Assembly (NCBI GenBank): GCA_049968255.1
Contig: JBMFRB010000009.1
Coordinates: forward strand, 32,001-96,000
From: Candidatus Sumerlaeaceae bacterium
GTDB lineage: Bacteria; Sumerlaeota; Sumerlaeia; Sumerlaeales; Sumerlaeaceae
Direction: 5' to 3'
Length of the DNA: 64,000 bases
The notes under the pieces are model-generated. The model searched no databases and was not told the origin of the DNA. It saw only the letters and a list, made by a program, of their open reading frames with translations. Shown here piece after piece: positions 7,942 through 17,332 of this stretch (position 1 is its first letter; each line of letters opens with the position of its first letter). The position numbers were made by a program, and so were the translations under genes.

Positions 7942-10403
7942 GCGCTTTGCCTCCGGGCAAGTTCGTCGCGGATTTCGCGTTCGAGAGCTGCATAGTCGAC
8001 GTCCGCCCGCTGATAAGTCTCGTCGAACAGCTTGGCGTGGTGCTCAAACTCGTGAATGTCTTTGTATCCTTCGAGCATGCAATGCTGGCAATCGAAATCC
8101 TCTTCGGGTGTGCTCACGCGACGACGGAAATCCTCATATGCGGGGCCAACCCAAGCCTCGACAAAATCCATGCCGCGGAGCGAGCCGAGGCGCGAATCGT
8201 TGACGCAGCAAGGGCCCAGCGAACCATCGGCATGCACGAGCACAAAACCGTAAGGTTCCACGCACTTGAGCCGTGGCGCGTCTGGCGAATTCTTTCCCTC
8301 GGCCGTGTGCTCATCGGTTTGGCTTGTTCGCTGTTGTCCGAAAAAGCCAGGAAGATAGAGGGCGAGCCCAAGTTCCTCGGCCACTCGTTTGGCGTCGGCC
8401 ATGCAGCGATCCGAAAGCTCCTGATAAAAATAGAGCGACTCCGTGAGCAGCTCGCGGCTGTAGACCTGCAAAAATCCTACGTTCACCGCGTCGGCGCCAA
8501 GATCCTTCGCCATTCTTACGAAATCAGGGAGTTGTTCAATGTTCGACCTTTGCGCCACGAAATTCAAGGCCACGCGCGGACGTGTGCGCTTCAGCTCGCG
8601 TCGCAGCCGGGTGAGAGTTCGCACGTTGTCAATCACGCGATGGAAAAGCTTAGAGCCACGGATTTTTTCAAATGTCTTCGCGTCCACTCCATCAATCGAA
8701 ATCCATAGCTCATGTAGCCCCAATTCGATGAGGCGTCGTGATATCGCTTCCCCAAGCAGCAAGCCGTTCGTGATAATGCGCACGGCACAATGTTCATGTG
8801 GCACCTCGGCCAGCATCTCCATGAGCTGCGGGTGCAGGAATGTTTCTCCACAACCCGTGAAATGGATGAGGTCCATGTAGCGCAGCAGCGGCCGGATTTT
8901 AGCAAACACATCCAGGGAAATGCGTTTGCGCGGACCAGAGAGAACTGTTTGTGTGCACATCGGGCAGCGTAAGTTGCACTCATCCGTCACCTCAATGTAC
9001 ATGCGATGGGGATAGCTAGCTACGCGGCGCAAACCATGCCGATGCTCATAGTTACGGATTTCGGCGTTAAGGCGGCGTGCCACTGAGTCCTTGGCCACTG
9101 CATCAAGAGTTTGCCGCACAACATCAAGGTACTCCATAGGCGGCTCATTGTGGGCTGACTCTTCGTAAGCTGCTAGGAGGTAAGGCACTTCCCAGACGTT
9201 GCGGTTGGCCGGTGCCTGACATTCGTAGCAGTCGCGGGAGAAACACCCCCTGGCTGCCTGCTCACGCAAAGAAATCCAGTCCGCATCGTCCCACTCGTGC
9301 CTAACGTGGCCACGGCGCAATGTTTGTTGCGTGAAGCAGCTCGATGCCATGTTTCCTGCTAGGTGAGCAGACCCGTAAGCTCGCCTATAGAATGCGGGTT
9401 CGTGGCTATCCATGCCCAGGAGAGCAGGGGCGCCGATGAGCTCAATGTTCATGTTCTTACAACGCGCCACAAAGCGCGAAAGAGTTTCCTGCGCTTCTTC
9501 CTGACAAAAAAAGAGCGAACGTGGGATGGCCGCGGCATCCCGCGCGCGTTCCAAAAACAGCGCAATCGAATGAGGTCTGAATTGCGCGTCTAAGAGCGAG
9601 TCTGTTGCAAGCCAGGACAGGTTTTTGCGATTGAGACGCAGCTGCCATCCGAAATGAATCATCTGCCCAGGATTCTCGTGATTCCACTCCCATAGAAATC
9701 TAGTGACTTTGGGGAGCGCCTCGTGCGGCGGCGGCAAGACCTCACCGTTGCCAAAGTCTACGATCAGCGTTTGGCACAAAACGGACTCAAAAAAAGTTTT
9801 CAGCTCGCCAGCTTCCAGCAGTGCCGGATGACGCACGAGCAGACGCGCCGCACAGGGAGCTTGTACAAAATGAGCTCCGAGACTCGCTAAGCACGCGGCG
9901 CTTGGGGCAGGCCAAACATCAGCGACAATGGTGAATTCTCGCGCCCAAAGCAGAACGCTGGCTAGTGCGTTCGACAATTCTCCCTGATCAGCAAGCTGCG
10001 AAAGGTAAAGGACGCCGTGCGTCGGCAGCGATGCGACACGACCTAGCCCTCGATGGAATTCCACTTCTTGCAATGCCGCATTGAGTGCGTGTGCCGCCAG
10101 CGGATCCGAGCACTCTTCGAGGGCCCTGCGCAGGGAGTGCTGAAACTCTCCAAAGTTGTCATGGTTTCCCTTCCGACTCTGCGGAGGCGCTCCCTCGTTA
10201 CCAGGATCAGAAGCTTCCTCAGCAAGCCGATAAAAGGCGCGATAAGCCGCCTGGGCTAATTTCGGATGACGTGCGAGCCATGCAGGCTCCTGCGCCAGCA
10301 AAGCCAGTGCGCGACACGTCAGTTCGCGCATGAGTGGCTGGCGGGCGAATGCTCGCGCAGCTTGATGTGCCAGAGATGGCTGTGAGACCTTAGCATGTTC
10401 CAT
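7938..10403 (-). CDS. Radical SAM protein with SPASM/twitch domain and a degenerate N-terminal duplicate
   Basis: CNLRCPMC (CxxxCxxC), GCGETFLHP, ITNGLLL, ISIDG and C-terminal C..P....V.ADG...PCC...DCQHC. Confidence 0.88.
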   Translation of the reverse strand: MEHAKVSQPSLAHQAARAFARQPLMRELTCRALALLAQEPAWLARHPKLAQAAYRAFYRLAEEASDPGNEGAPPQSRKGNHDNFGEFQHSLRRALEECSDPLAAHALNAALQEVEFHRGLGRVASLPTHGVLYLSQLADQGELSNALASVLLWAREFTIVADVWPAPSAACLASLGAHFVQAPCAARLLVRHPALLEAGELKTFFESVLCQTLIVDFGNGEVLPPPHEALPKVTRFLWEWNHENPGQMIHFGWQLRLNRKNLSWLATDSLLDAQFRPHSIALFLERARDAAAIPRSLFFCQEEAQETLSRFVARCKNMNIELIGAPALLGMDSHEPAFYRRAYGSAHLAGNMASSCFTQQTLRRGHVRHEWDDADWISLREQAARGCFSRDCYECQAPANRNVWEVPYLLAAYEESAHNEPPMEYLDVVRQTLDAVAKDSVARRLNAEIRNYEHRHGLRRVASYPHRMYIEVTDECNLRCPMCTQTVLSGPRKRISLDVFAKIRPLLRYMDLIHFTGCGETFLHPQLMEMLAEVPHEHCAVRIITNGLLLGEAISRRLIELGLHELWISIDGVDAKTFEKIRGSKLFHRVIDNVRTLTRLRRELKRTRPRVALNFVAQRSNIEQLPDFVRMAKDLGADAVNVGFLQVYSRELLTESLYFYQELSDRCMADAKRVAEELGLALYLPGFFGQQRTSQTDEHTAEGKNSPDAPRLKCVEPYGFVLVHADGSLGPCCVNDSRLGSLRGMDFVEAWVGPAYEDFRRRVSTPEEDFDCQHCMLEGYKDIHEFEHHAKLFDETYQRADVDYAALEREIRDELARRQSA

Positions 10404-10469
10404 CGACGATCAGACACAAAACCTATTCTTCGTAAGCTTACCGCAGTGGGCGAAAAACGTTCCGTGAGC

Positions 10470-10513
10470 AAAAGAAAGGGGGCGGATGCCGTGTGGTTGA
10501 GGCAACCGCCCCC
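10470..10513 (-). terminator. Rho-independent terminator
   Basis: Minus strand reads GGGGGCGGTTGCC-loop-GGCATCCGCCCCC followed by TTTCTTTT. Confidence 0.8.
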
Positions 10514-10630
10514 TCATCCATGAGTCCTAGAACCCGGACCAACGTGTTTCTCGACCCTCTCGCTTCTCACTCCCTGTGCCGACTTCGGTGCAGGAGTCTC
10601 GGCAGCTGAGGACTATTCAGTTGTTTCCAA
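10470..10630 (-). ncRNA. Candidate structured small RNA or structured 3' UTR
   Basis: Nested complementary segments (AGTCCT/AGGACT and ACTCC..CCGA/TCGG..GGAGT) end at the terminator. No family recognised. Confidence 0.3.
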
Positions 10631-10684
10631 GAGATGAACATGCGTGCCTACGGTCTGCCTGAGCATGTAAGCACGAAAATTCGG

Positions 10685-13078
10685 TTACACATCCGATGGA
10701 AAAACGATCACTTTCAGCCGGTAGCTGTTGTCCGCTTCGTTGAGCTCGCGGATGCGATTTGTTGCATCCACGCGCACCTCCACCTCATGTTCACCCTCAC
10801 CGAAGGGCGGCAGCTCGACGCCACTGAACGAGTACACGCTTGGGCCATAGAGCGGCGGCACAGCGAACGATTTCACCACGACGCCATCCACAAGAATATC
10901 GGCCTGCGATGCTTTACCCGCCTCCGAAGTCCCCGTGTTCGCGACCGAGAACCACGCATAGACGGGTTGTCCGCTCAACAGCACGTCGGGGAATGGCACC
11001 CAGTCAGTCCGATTGCTTAGACGGAGCGGGCGATATAAATTAGACGGGGGGAGCAGTCTCGCTGCTGCACCAGAGTCGATATTTTTCGCCGCGAAATTTG
11101 GGAAGCTATCCGGTGGGGCAGGTCCCGGAACGATGGCAAGATTCTCCCCCTTTCGGATCTTTCCTATCGCTGCCCAAGCGTCGACGAGGCCAGCTCCTGT
11201 CACTTGGTCAAATCCTGCTGCCGCCCGATCACCGGTCACGTCCACCGCCGTTTGCGAGAGAATCCTCATGATATCCGCCGGCTTGAGCTTTGAATCCGCC
11301 TGCCGGAGCAGGGCCGCCACCGCTGCAGCATTGGGAGCCGCCGCGCTTGTTCCAAAGAAATTCGGAAATGGTGTTCCGTCGTCATAATCGAATCCGAATA
11401 ACAAGGTGTCGCAGCCGTCCACGGCAGCGATGTTCGGGACTAGAGCCACTCGAGGCTTATAACGCCCCTGCGCATTGAAGGGAATCTGAATGTTTCCGCC
11501 GCGCGAAGTGAACCACTCCGGGTCTATGAGTGACGTCGGTCCGTGGCCAACCGGATCATAGGCAGGAGCTTCCTCAAAGCGTACTGCTGCCACACATCCG
11601 GCGCCACTGGCTGTCTGGTGGCCGGTGGTTGTCGGCCCTAGTACGGGCACGATGACTCCATGTTCGTCGGCTCGGTACGCCCACAGCCAAAATTCCACCG
11701 GCGTCCGCCGGTTCTGCGGGATGTGATTCTGGGGACCATGGAAGTGATCGACCGCGACATAAGCTGTGATAGGTTCAGTGCCAGAGTAAGAAATATAGAG
11801 AGTTTCTATGGGATCGCCCATTGGGCTGCCAGCCTCTCCCTGGCTGTCAGAGTAGCTGAACCATAATGACGCTTCGCTGGGAGGCACAGGCTCCGTCATG
11901 AAATAAAGATCGAGGTCTACTTGGGCGCCGCCTGTCGAAGGGGAGAACGTCTCCCACGGTTGGTTCCACTGCAGAACGAGAGTGATCTCCGAGTCCGGCG
12001 TAAAAGTAATCGGAAGGTAGGGGCCATATCCTGATCCCCACACTGCAAGGTCCGCCTCGGTTGCAGGCCAGCTCTCGTTGTCTGTCACGCCTGGATTGGC
12101 ATCCTGGTAGCTAAGGCGGATTCCAGAATCGCTAGAATTCCCAGCGCACGTGAAATATGCAGTCCCTGAGCGGATCACCGACGCAATCGCGGTGGAGACA
12201 GGGCTCTCCATGAACCACGGCTCGTCATAATACGTGTAGTCGTCCGTTATGATCGTGCAACCGGCGGACCGCAGCGCAAGGATTCCCTGTGCCATGCGAA
12301 GAAAGTCCGGCTCAGCCGTGTGGAAGGCAAGCTTTGCCCCCGGTGCAATGTCATAAATGAGTTCCGCCATCGCCTCCCCTTCGTCTCCTGGCGTCCACGA
12401 CGGCCAGAAAACGTTGGCGTCGTCGGCCAACAACTCGACTTCCGCGGGCAGTTCACCCATCAGTTGGGGCTTCGAATTGCGCAGAGTTCCCGGGGTGTTT
12501 TGCGGTGGTTCTGTGTCTGGCCTGCGCACCGGCGGGCCAAAAGCGAACGAGTCGGACAGAATGCCGACCTTCTGCGAGGCGCCGTCGAGAAAGCGTGAAC
12601 TGCGTAACGTATCCACGCGGTGAGCCTTGACACCCTGACTCTCGGCGACACCTACGTTCGAGCGGCCTTTGTAAGCGGGTCGAATTCGCACAACTTCAGG
12701 AATAGCCGCGATAGCTTGCAGGTCTTCGTCACTACCCAAAGCCACCGTGACGACGTTGGAATCCGGATACACGCCTGTGATCTGCGAATTTTTGAGCGCG
12801 AATTTCTTCAGCACCGATTCGTTCACAGCTGTGCACCCAACGATGACGATCGTTCGCTTTGCGGCCCTAGCAAAGCCCTTGCCCGTGCTGACGGTGAACT
12901 TACCTGATTTGACAGCAAACGTTTTTTCGGCCCCTCTTTGCAGCAGCGGCGCAGCCACTTTGCGGGCTAGCGGCGGGGGGAGTGCGCCTACGGTTTTCGT
13001 TAGTGGTGCAGCACTCGAGTCAAAGCAAAGCCCCAGGGCCAGTAGAGTGCCGACCGAACTCCAGGTTCTCCTATTCAT
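10685..13078 (-). CDS. Secreted S8 subtilase-like serine peptidase with C-terminal CARDB-like domain
   Basis: Signal peptide, VGILSDS, DEGEAM (Glu at the His position), AGNS and FFGTSAAAP. C-terminal VDATNRIRELNEADN. A GGAGGT RBS precedes the ATG at 13078. Confidence 0.85.
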   Translation of the reverse strand: MNRRTWSSVGTLLALGLCFDSSAAPLTKTVGALPPPLARKVAAPLLQRGAEKTFAVKSGKFTVSTGKGFARAAKRTIVIVGCTAVNESVLKKFALKNSQITGVYPDSNVVTVALGSDEDLQAIAAIPEVVRIRPAYKGRSNVGVAESQGVKAHRVDTLRSSRFLDGASQKVGILSDSFAFGPPVRRPDTEPPQNTPGTLRNSKPQLMGELPAEVELLADDANVFWPSWTPGDEGEAMAELIYDIAPGAKLAFHTAEPDFLRMAQGILALRSAGCTIITDDYTYYDEPWFMESPVSTAIASVIRSGTAYFTCAGNSSDSGIRLSYQDANPGVTDNESWPATEADLAVWGSGYGPYLPITFTPDSEITLVLQWNQPWETFSPSTGGAQVDLDLYFMTEPVPPSEASLWFSYSDSQGEAGSPMGDPIETLYISYSGTEPITAYVAVDHFHGPQNHIPQNRRTPVEFWLWAYRADEHGVIVPVLGPTTTGHQTASGAGCVAAVRFEEAPAYDPVGHGPTSLIDPEWFTSRGGNIQIPFNAQGRYKPRVALVPNIAAVDGCDTLLFGFDYDDGTPFPNFFGTSAAAPNAAAVAALLRQADSKLKPADIMRILSQTAVDVTGDRAAAGFDQVTGAGLVDAWAAIGKIRKGENLAIVPGPAPPDSFPNFAAKNIDSGAAARLLPPSNLYRPLRLSNRTDWVPFPDVLLSGQPVYAWFSVANTGTSEAGKASQADILVDGVVVKSFAVPPLYGPSVYSFSGVELPPFGEGEHEVEVRVDATNRIRELNEADNSYRLKVIVFPSDV

Positions 13079-13205
13079 AAGCCACCTCCAAGATAGAGTT
13101 CGAAGCAGAGCGGAGGTGAAGGAAGGATAAGGCGTACTGGTGTTTCGCAATCGCCTAGCGCCCTGGTTCGCACTTATTTTCGGAAACGTGTCGCCTCAAG
13201 GCAAC

Positions 13206-13240
13206 AAAAAAGTACGCTGCCCGAAAGCCTCGAGCAGCGT
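13206..13240 (-). terminator. Rho-independent terminator after acr3
   Basis: ACGCTGC/GCAGCGT stem followed by a T6 run on the minus strand. Confidence 0.65.
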
Positions 13241-13276
13241 GATCGAAATCAAGAAAAGGACATAACATGAAAAAAA

Positions 13277-14389
13277 TTATTTCGACGATGCTCCTGCGGA
13301 GGATGTAACTGGCGCGGTATCAGGCCATGGCCATTTTCGGCGTAGCCACAGGGCCAAGTTGACAAGCGAAATGAGAACAGGTACTTCAACCAATGGCCCA
13401 ATGACAGTGGCGAATGCCTGCTCCGACTGGATGCCGAACACGGCAATGGCCACGGCAATGGCCAGTTCGAAATCGTTACTAGCGCTGCTGAAAGCCACAC
13501 TCACGGAAGAACGGTAGTCGGCGCCGAGCCGCCACGACAGCCAGAATGTCACCACGAACAAGATCACAAAATAGAAAGTGAGTGGGATGGCCACCCGCAG
13601 CACATCGAGCGGCAAGCGCACAATCAAATCGCCTTTCAGCGAGAACATGACAACGATCGTGAACAAAAGGGCCACAAGCGTGATGGGGCTAATGGCCGGC
13701 ACAAACGTTTTTTCATACCATTCGTCGCCTTTTAGGGGGCGGAGAATCAGGCGTGAGGCAAGCCCCCCAGCAAAGGGAATTCCGAGGTAAATCAGCACAC
13801 TCTTAGCGATTTCCCAGATAGAAACGTCGAGGAGGACGCTTTTCATTCCGACCAGGGGCAAGAGTACACCCAGGAAAAACCATGCATAGACGGAATACGT
13901 GATGATCTGGAAAAGAGCATTGAAGGCCACAAGGCCGGCCATGAACTCACGGTTGCCGTCTGCAAGGTCGTTCCAGACGAGGACCATGGCGATGCAACGT
14001 GCCAAACCGACAAGTATGACCCCGACCATGTAGCCGGGATGATCGCGCAGAAAGATGATCGCTAAGAGGAACATGAGCAAGGGGCCCACAATCCAATTCT
14101 GGAAAAGGGCAAATCCCACAACCTTCTTGTTGCGGAACACGTTGCCGATTTCCTCATAGTGCACCTTTGCCAAAGGGGGATACATCATGAGAATGAGGCC
14201 AATGGCTATAGGGATGCTCGTGGTGCCAATGCTTAGGCTTGTTATGGCTTTTGCGATAGCCGGCGCATAGACTCCAATGAGAACACCCGCCACCATGGCC
14301 AAAAAGATCCACAAGGTGAGAAAGCGGTCGAGAACAGAAATTCGCTTTGTGACGCCACAGCATGTCTGCTCAATATTGCTCATTGTCAT
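13277..14389 (-). CDS. acr3: ACR3 family arsenite efflux transporter
   Basis: [44 protein letters not shown] and [18 protein letters not shown]. Confidence 0.96.
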   Translation of the reverse strand: MTMSNIEQTCCGVTKRISVLDRFLTLWIFLAMVAGVLIGVYAPAIAKAITSLSIGTTSIPIAIGLILMMYPPLAKVHYEEIGNVFRNKKVVGFALFQNWIVGPLLMFLLAIIFLRDHPGYMVGVILVGLARCIAMVLVWNDLADGNREFMAGLVAFNALFQIITYSVYAWFFLGVLLPLVGMKSVLLDVSIWEIAKSVLIYLGIPFAGGLASRLILRPLKGDEWYEKTFVPAISPITLVALLFTIVVMFSLKGDLIVRLPLDVLRVAIPLTFYFVILFVVTFWLSWRLGADYRSSVSVAFSSASNDFELAIAVAIAVFGIQSEQAFATVIGPLVEVPVLISLVNLALWLRRKWPWPDTAPVTSSAGASSK

Positions 14390-14811
14390 GCCTCCTTTTT
14401 TGCAGATTTCAATTGCTGGATCAGCGCGATTACTCGGCGCTCAATATCATCCCTTACCTGGTTGAATTGGTCAGCCGGCAGATCGCGTGGGTCTGGCAAT
14501 GCCCAGTCCTCACGGTTTCTAGCGCGAACAAAAGGACAGGCATCCCCGCATCCCATGGTGATGACCCAATCCCAGTTATAATCTGGGATCTCGTCGAGGC
14601 TCTTCGAGCGATGTGCGGAAAGATCCACTCCGCACTCTTTCATTGATGTAATGGCTTTCGGATTCACGCGGCCCGAGGGTCTCGATCCCGCGCTCCACAC
14701 CTCAACGAGATCGCCTCCATGCAGACGTGCAAACGCTTCAGCCATTTGCGAGCGGTTCGAATTCTCAACGCAGACAAAGAGGATGCGATAAGGCGGAGTT
14801 GCGTTGGTCAT
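14386..14811 (-). CDS. arsC: Arsenate reductase (LMW-PTP fold)
   Basis: CX5R P-loop [21 protein letters not shown] and W.LPDP. Lies between arsR and acr3. Confidence 0.9.
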   Translation of the reverse strand: MTNATPPYRILFVCVENSNRSQMAEAFARLHGGDLVEVWSAGSRPSGRVNPKAITSMKECGVDLSAHRSKSLDEIPDYNWDWVITMGCGDACPFVRARNREDWALPDPRDLPADQFNQVRDDIERRVIALIQQLKSAKKEA

Positions 14812-15230
14812 GAGGTCTCCTTTCCGGTGGACTGAGTTCTTGGTTGTGTTGACAATGTCCCTTTGCCAGAAGGCGCTGCTTTACGAGCGACAACAGGCCT
14901 GCATGATGGGGCAAGGCGTGCGTACGCAACGCGATCCTTCTCGAGGATCTCGTCGCCCTCGGGGAAATGCGAGATCACTTTTCTCAACCAAGCTCGAAAT
15001 TCGCGAGACACAGAGTAGTGCACCCACTGTTTCTCCTTTCGCGAGCTGAGCAGGCCTACCTGGCGCAGCGGAGCAATGAGTTGCGAAAGAGTGGCCTGCG
15101 GAAGTTTCAGAAGATCTTGTAGCTCGCAAACGCATACCTCGCGCTCCAGCTCGAGCAGCAAATTCACAATGCGCAGACGTCGCTCATTGCTCAACAGCCT
15201 CAGAATCTGATGAAGTCGAAGTTTTGTCAT
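14808..15230 (-). CDS. arsR: ArsR/SmtB family transcriptional repressor
   Basis: RLRIV.LL, EVCVCEL metal site and RKEKQWVHY. Start probably the ATG at 15230. Confidence 0.9.
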   Translation of the reverse strand: MTKLRLHQILRLLSNERRLRIVNLLLELEREVCVCELQDLLKLPQATLSQLIAPLRQVGLLSSRKEKQWVHYSVSREFRAWLRKVISHFPEGDEILEKDRVAYARLAPSCRPVVARKAAPSGKGTLSTQPRTQSTGKETS

Positions 15231-15307
15231 CGTATCGTTCTCATACTCTTTCTCGTATCGCTCGCCCGTTCTCAATGTTGACTATAAGCAGACAGATTCG
15301 TACATTC

Positions 15308-15323
15308 ATATATTCGAATATAT
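15308..15323. promoter_or_regulatory. Putative ArsR operator
   Basis: Perfect 16-bp palindrome ATATATTCGAATATAT upstream of arsR. Confidence 0.7.
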
Positions 15324-15538
15324 CACATCGAGAAGATGCGGCGAAGGTCTGGTCACACGATAGAAACTCTTTTACAGTGCCTGAAGCGAGTAACCACTCA
15401 GAGAAAAGCGCACCAGCTGTGCGCGCAATCTCAGATCGAGGTCAAAACGCATTAGGCTTGTACAAACCCACGCAAATGACACTATGTCGAAACTGCTAAT
15501 CCGCTACGCCATTTCGCCTGGAAGAAGGGGTGTGCCGC

Positions 15539-17125
15539 ATGCCTAAAGCCAAACCAGTGGTAGTCCGTCTTATCCTGATCATGGTGGTGAGCCTCAGCTC
15601 GGTAGGGGACAATCGCAGTCTTGCTGCGAGTGTCACGACAAGCTCCCTGTCGCGACGAAGCATTGCCACTACTGTGACAATGTTCAGTCCTTCACTTGCT
15701 CGCGAGACGACTTACGTTGTGGTCATGCCGGAAAAACTCGCGCGGGGAAAGCGTTATCCAGTGATCTATCTTCTTCATGGGGCGTACGGCTCTTACCGTG
15801 ACTGGCCCGAGAGAACACGACTACTCGAATACGCCGCAGGCCGTCCGTTTCTGATTGTCTGCCCCGACGGCGGGCCGTTTGGGTGGTATGCGGACACGTC
15901 CACCGGCGGACGAATTGAGACCTTTCTCACCCGAGATCTGATTCAGGACGTAGACAAACGTTTCCCAACGGTGAGCCGTCGGGAAGGGCGGGCGATTGCG
16001 GGCCTGAGTATGGGCGGACATGGGGCCCTTTCTCTAGTTGCCCGGTACCCAGACCTGTTTTGTTCGGCGTCGTCCATGAGCGGAATTTTGACCTTAGAAA
16101 ATCACGCGGGAAAATGGCATCTCGACGAGCGTTTCGGAAACATCACGGAAAATCCGGACGCGTGGCGCGCCCACAGCGTTGCCCAGCTCGTCGAGCATTT
16201 CACGACCGCCGCCGTGACGCTTTATTTCGACACCGGCACGAGTGATACCACAGGTGCCGTGGCCGACAATCGCCTCGTCCACGAGCGCATGACTAACCGT
16301 GGTCTTGCCCACACGTACGCAGAATTTCCTGGCGCTCATACGTGGCGCTACTGGGACTGGCGTTTGCCCGCTCATTTAGCGTTTCACTTCGAGCGTTTTC
16401 AGTCGCTTGCTGATCCCCAAAAAGCCCCAGCCGCAACGGGCGTCGTCATTGAAGATTCCGGTCACCAGCTCTATGTGCGCCGCTGCCTGGAATTCGAGCG
16501 GGAGAACGACACCCTGGCACGCAGTGGGATGACATCGCGCCCCGTTGTGCTTCTCGGGAGTTCCAGCATTCAGGGGCTAGACCAGCAAAAGCTTTTCCCA
16601 GAGTACTGGATGCTCAACCGTGGCATTTCGGGTGACCGCATCGGCATCACAAACCGCGGCATTTTGCATCGCCTGCATAGCTCGGTTTTTGCCCTACGCC
16701 CGCGGGCCGTCATTCTTCTCAACGGCACGAACGATCTGAATGCCACGGCGCGCACCGGCCAGCCCACAATCGAGCAAGTGGTTGCCACATATCGTGATGT
16801 GCTTGAACGCATCCATGCCGCACTTCCCGATTGCCAGGTCTTGGCCGTCTCGTGCACTCCAACACGCGAGGCCTACGCGCACATCTCGCCCCTCATCCGC
16901 GAATTCAATGCGCAATTGCATCCCGTCGTTGAGGCGCTTGGCTCTTGGGCTCACTGGGTGGATACTTATTCCCACTGCGTTGATGCCGAGGGGTTCTTGC
17001 GCGAAGAGCTTTCGCGTGACGGACTCCACCTTAATGGTGGAGGCTACAAGATTGTTCAGCAGGTCTTCCGCGAGGCCCTGGCAAAAGCAGGCGTGCCTCC
17101 TGATCGGTTCTCAGATGACAAGTAG
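15539..17125 (+). CDS. Secreted fusion of alpha/beta esterase and SGNH/GDSL hydrolase
   Basis: YPVIYLLHG, GLSMGG and GAHTW.YW, followed by LGSS, RGISG, GTND and DGLH. Confidence 0.85.
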   Translation: MPKAKPVVVRLILIMVVSLSSVGDNRSLAASVTTSSLSRRSIATTVTMFSPSLARETTYVVVMPEKLARGKRYPVIYLLHGAYGSYRDWPERTRLLEYAAGRPFLIVCPDGGPFGWYADTSTGGRIETFLTRDLIQDVDKRFPTVSRREGRAIAGLSMGGHGALSLVARYPDLFCSASSMSGILTLENHAGKWHLDERFGNITENPDAWRAHSVAQLVEHFTTAAVTLYFDTGTSDTTGAVADNRLVHERMTNRGLAHTYAEFPGAHTWRYWDWRLPAHLAFHFERFQSLADPQKAPAATGVVIEDSGHQLYVRRCLEFERENDTLARSGMTSRPVVLLGSSSIQGLDQQKLFPEYWMLNRGISGDRIGITNRGILHRLHSSVFALRPRAVILLNGTNDLNATARTGQPTIEQVVATYRDVLERIHAALPDCQVLAVSCTPTREAYAHISPLIREFNAQLHPVVEALGSWAHWVDTYSHCVDAEGFLREELSRDGLHLNGGGYKIVQQVFREALAKAGVPPDRFSDDK

Positions 17126-17332
17126 AACACGAGTGAGAGCAAAACGTGTTTGCCGCAGCGCGAGCAACGAATTGCGTCGCGCCGTGGATGGATGCTCGTG
17201 ACAGACAGCAGGGGATCTCGCTCTAGTGAACTGTGAATTCTCTTGCAGATTCGTTGCGCTTTTCTGAACTGAAATATAATCTACAGCAGTGGTGCACATC
17301 ATGTCCTTCAATCTGTTGCCCAGGAGGTTCTC

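Noticed and set aside
7686-8708. 340-aa plus-strand ORF
   Set aside because: Antisense shadow of the radical SAM and methyltransferase genes, with no recognisable motifs.
6970-13078. RiPP cluster hypothesis (radical SAM/SPASM, methyltransferase, S8 protease)
   Set aside because: No convincing precursor peptide or RRE domain, and a terminator separates the protease from the radical SAM gene.
17250-17282. Sigma-70 promoter for the peroxiredoxin (TATAAT at 17275-17280)
   Set aside because: The -10 is perfect, but the nearest -35-like hexamer (TTGCGC) is only 15 bp away, so it was not called.
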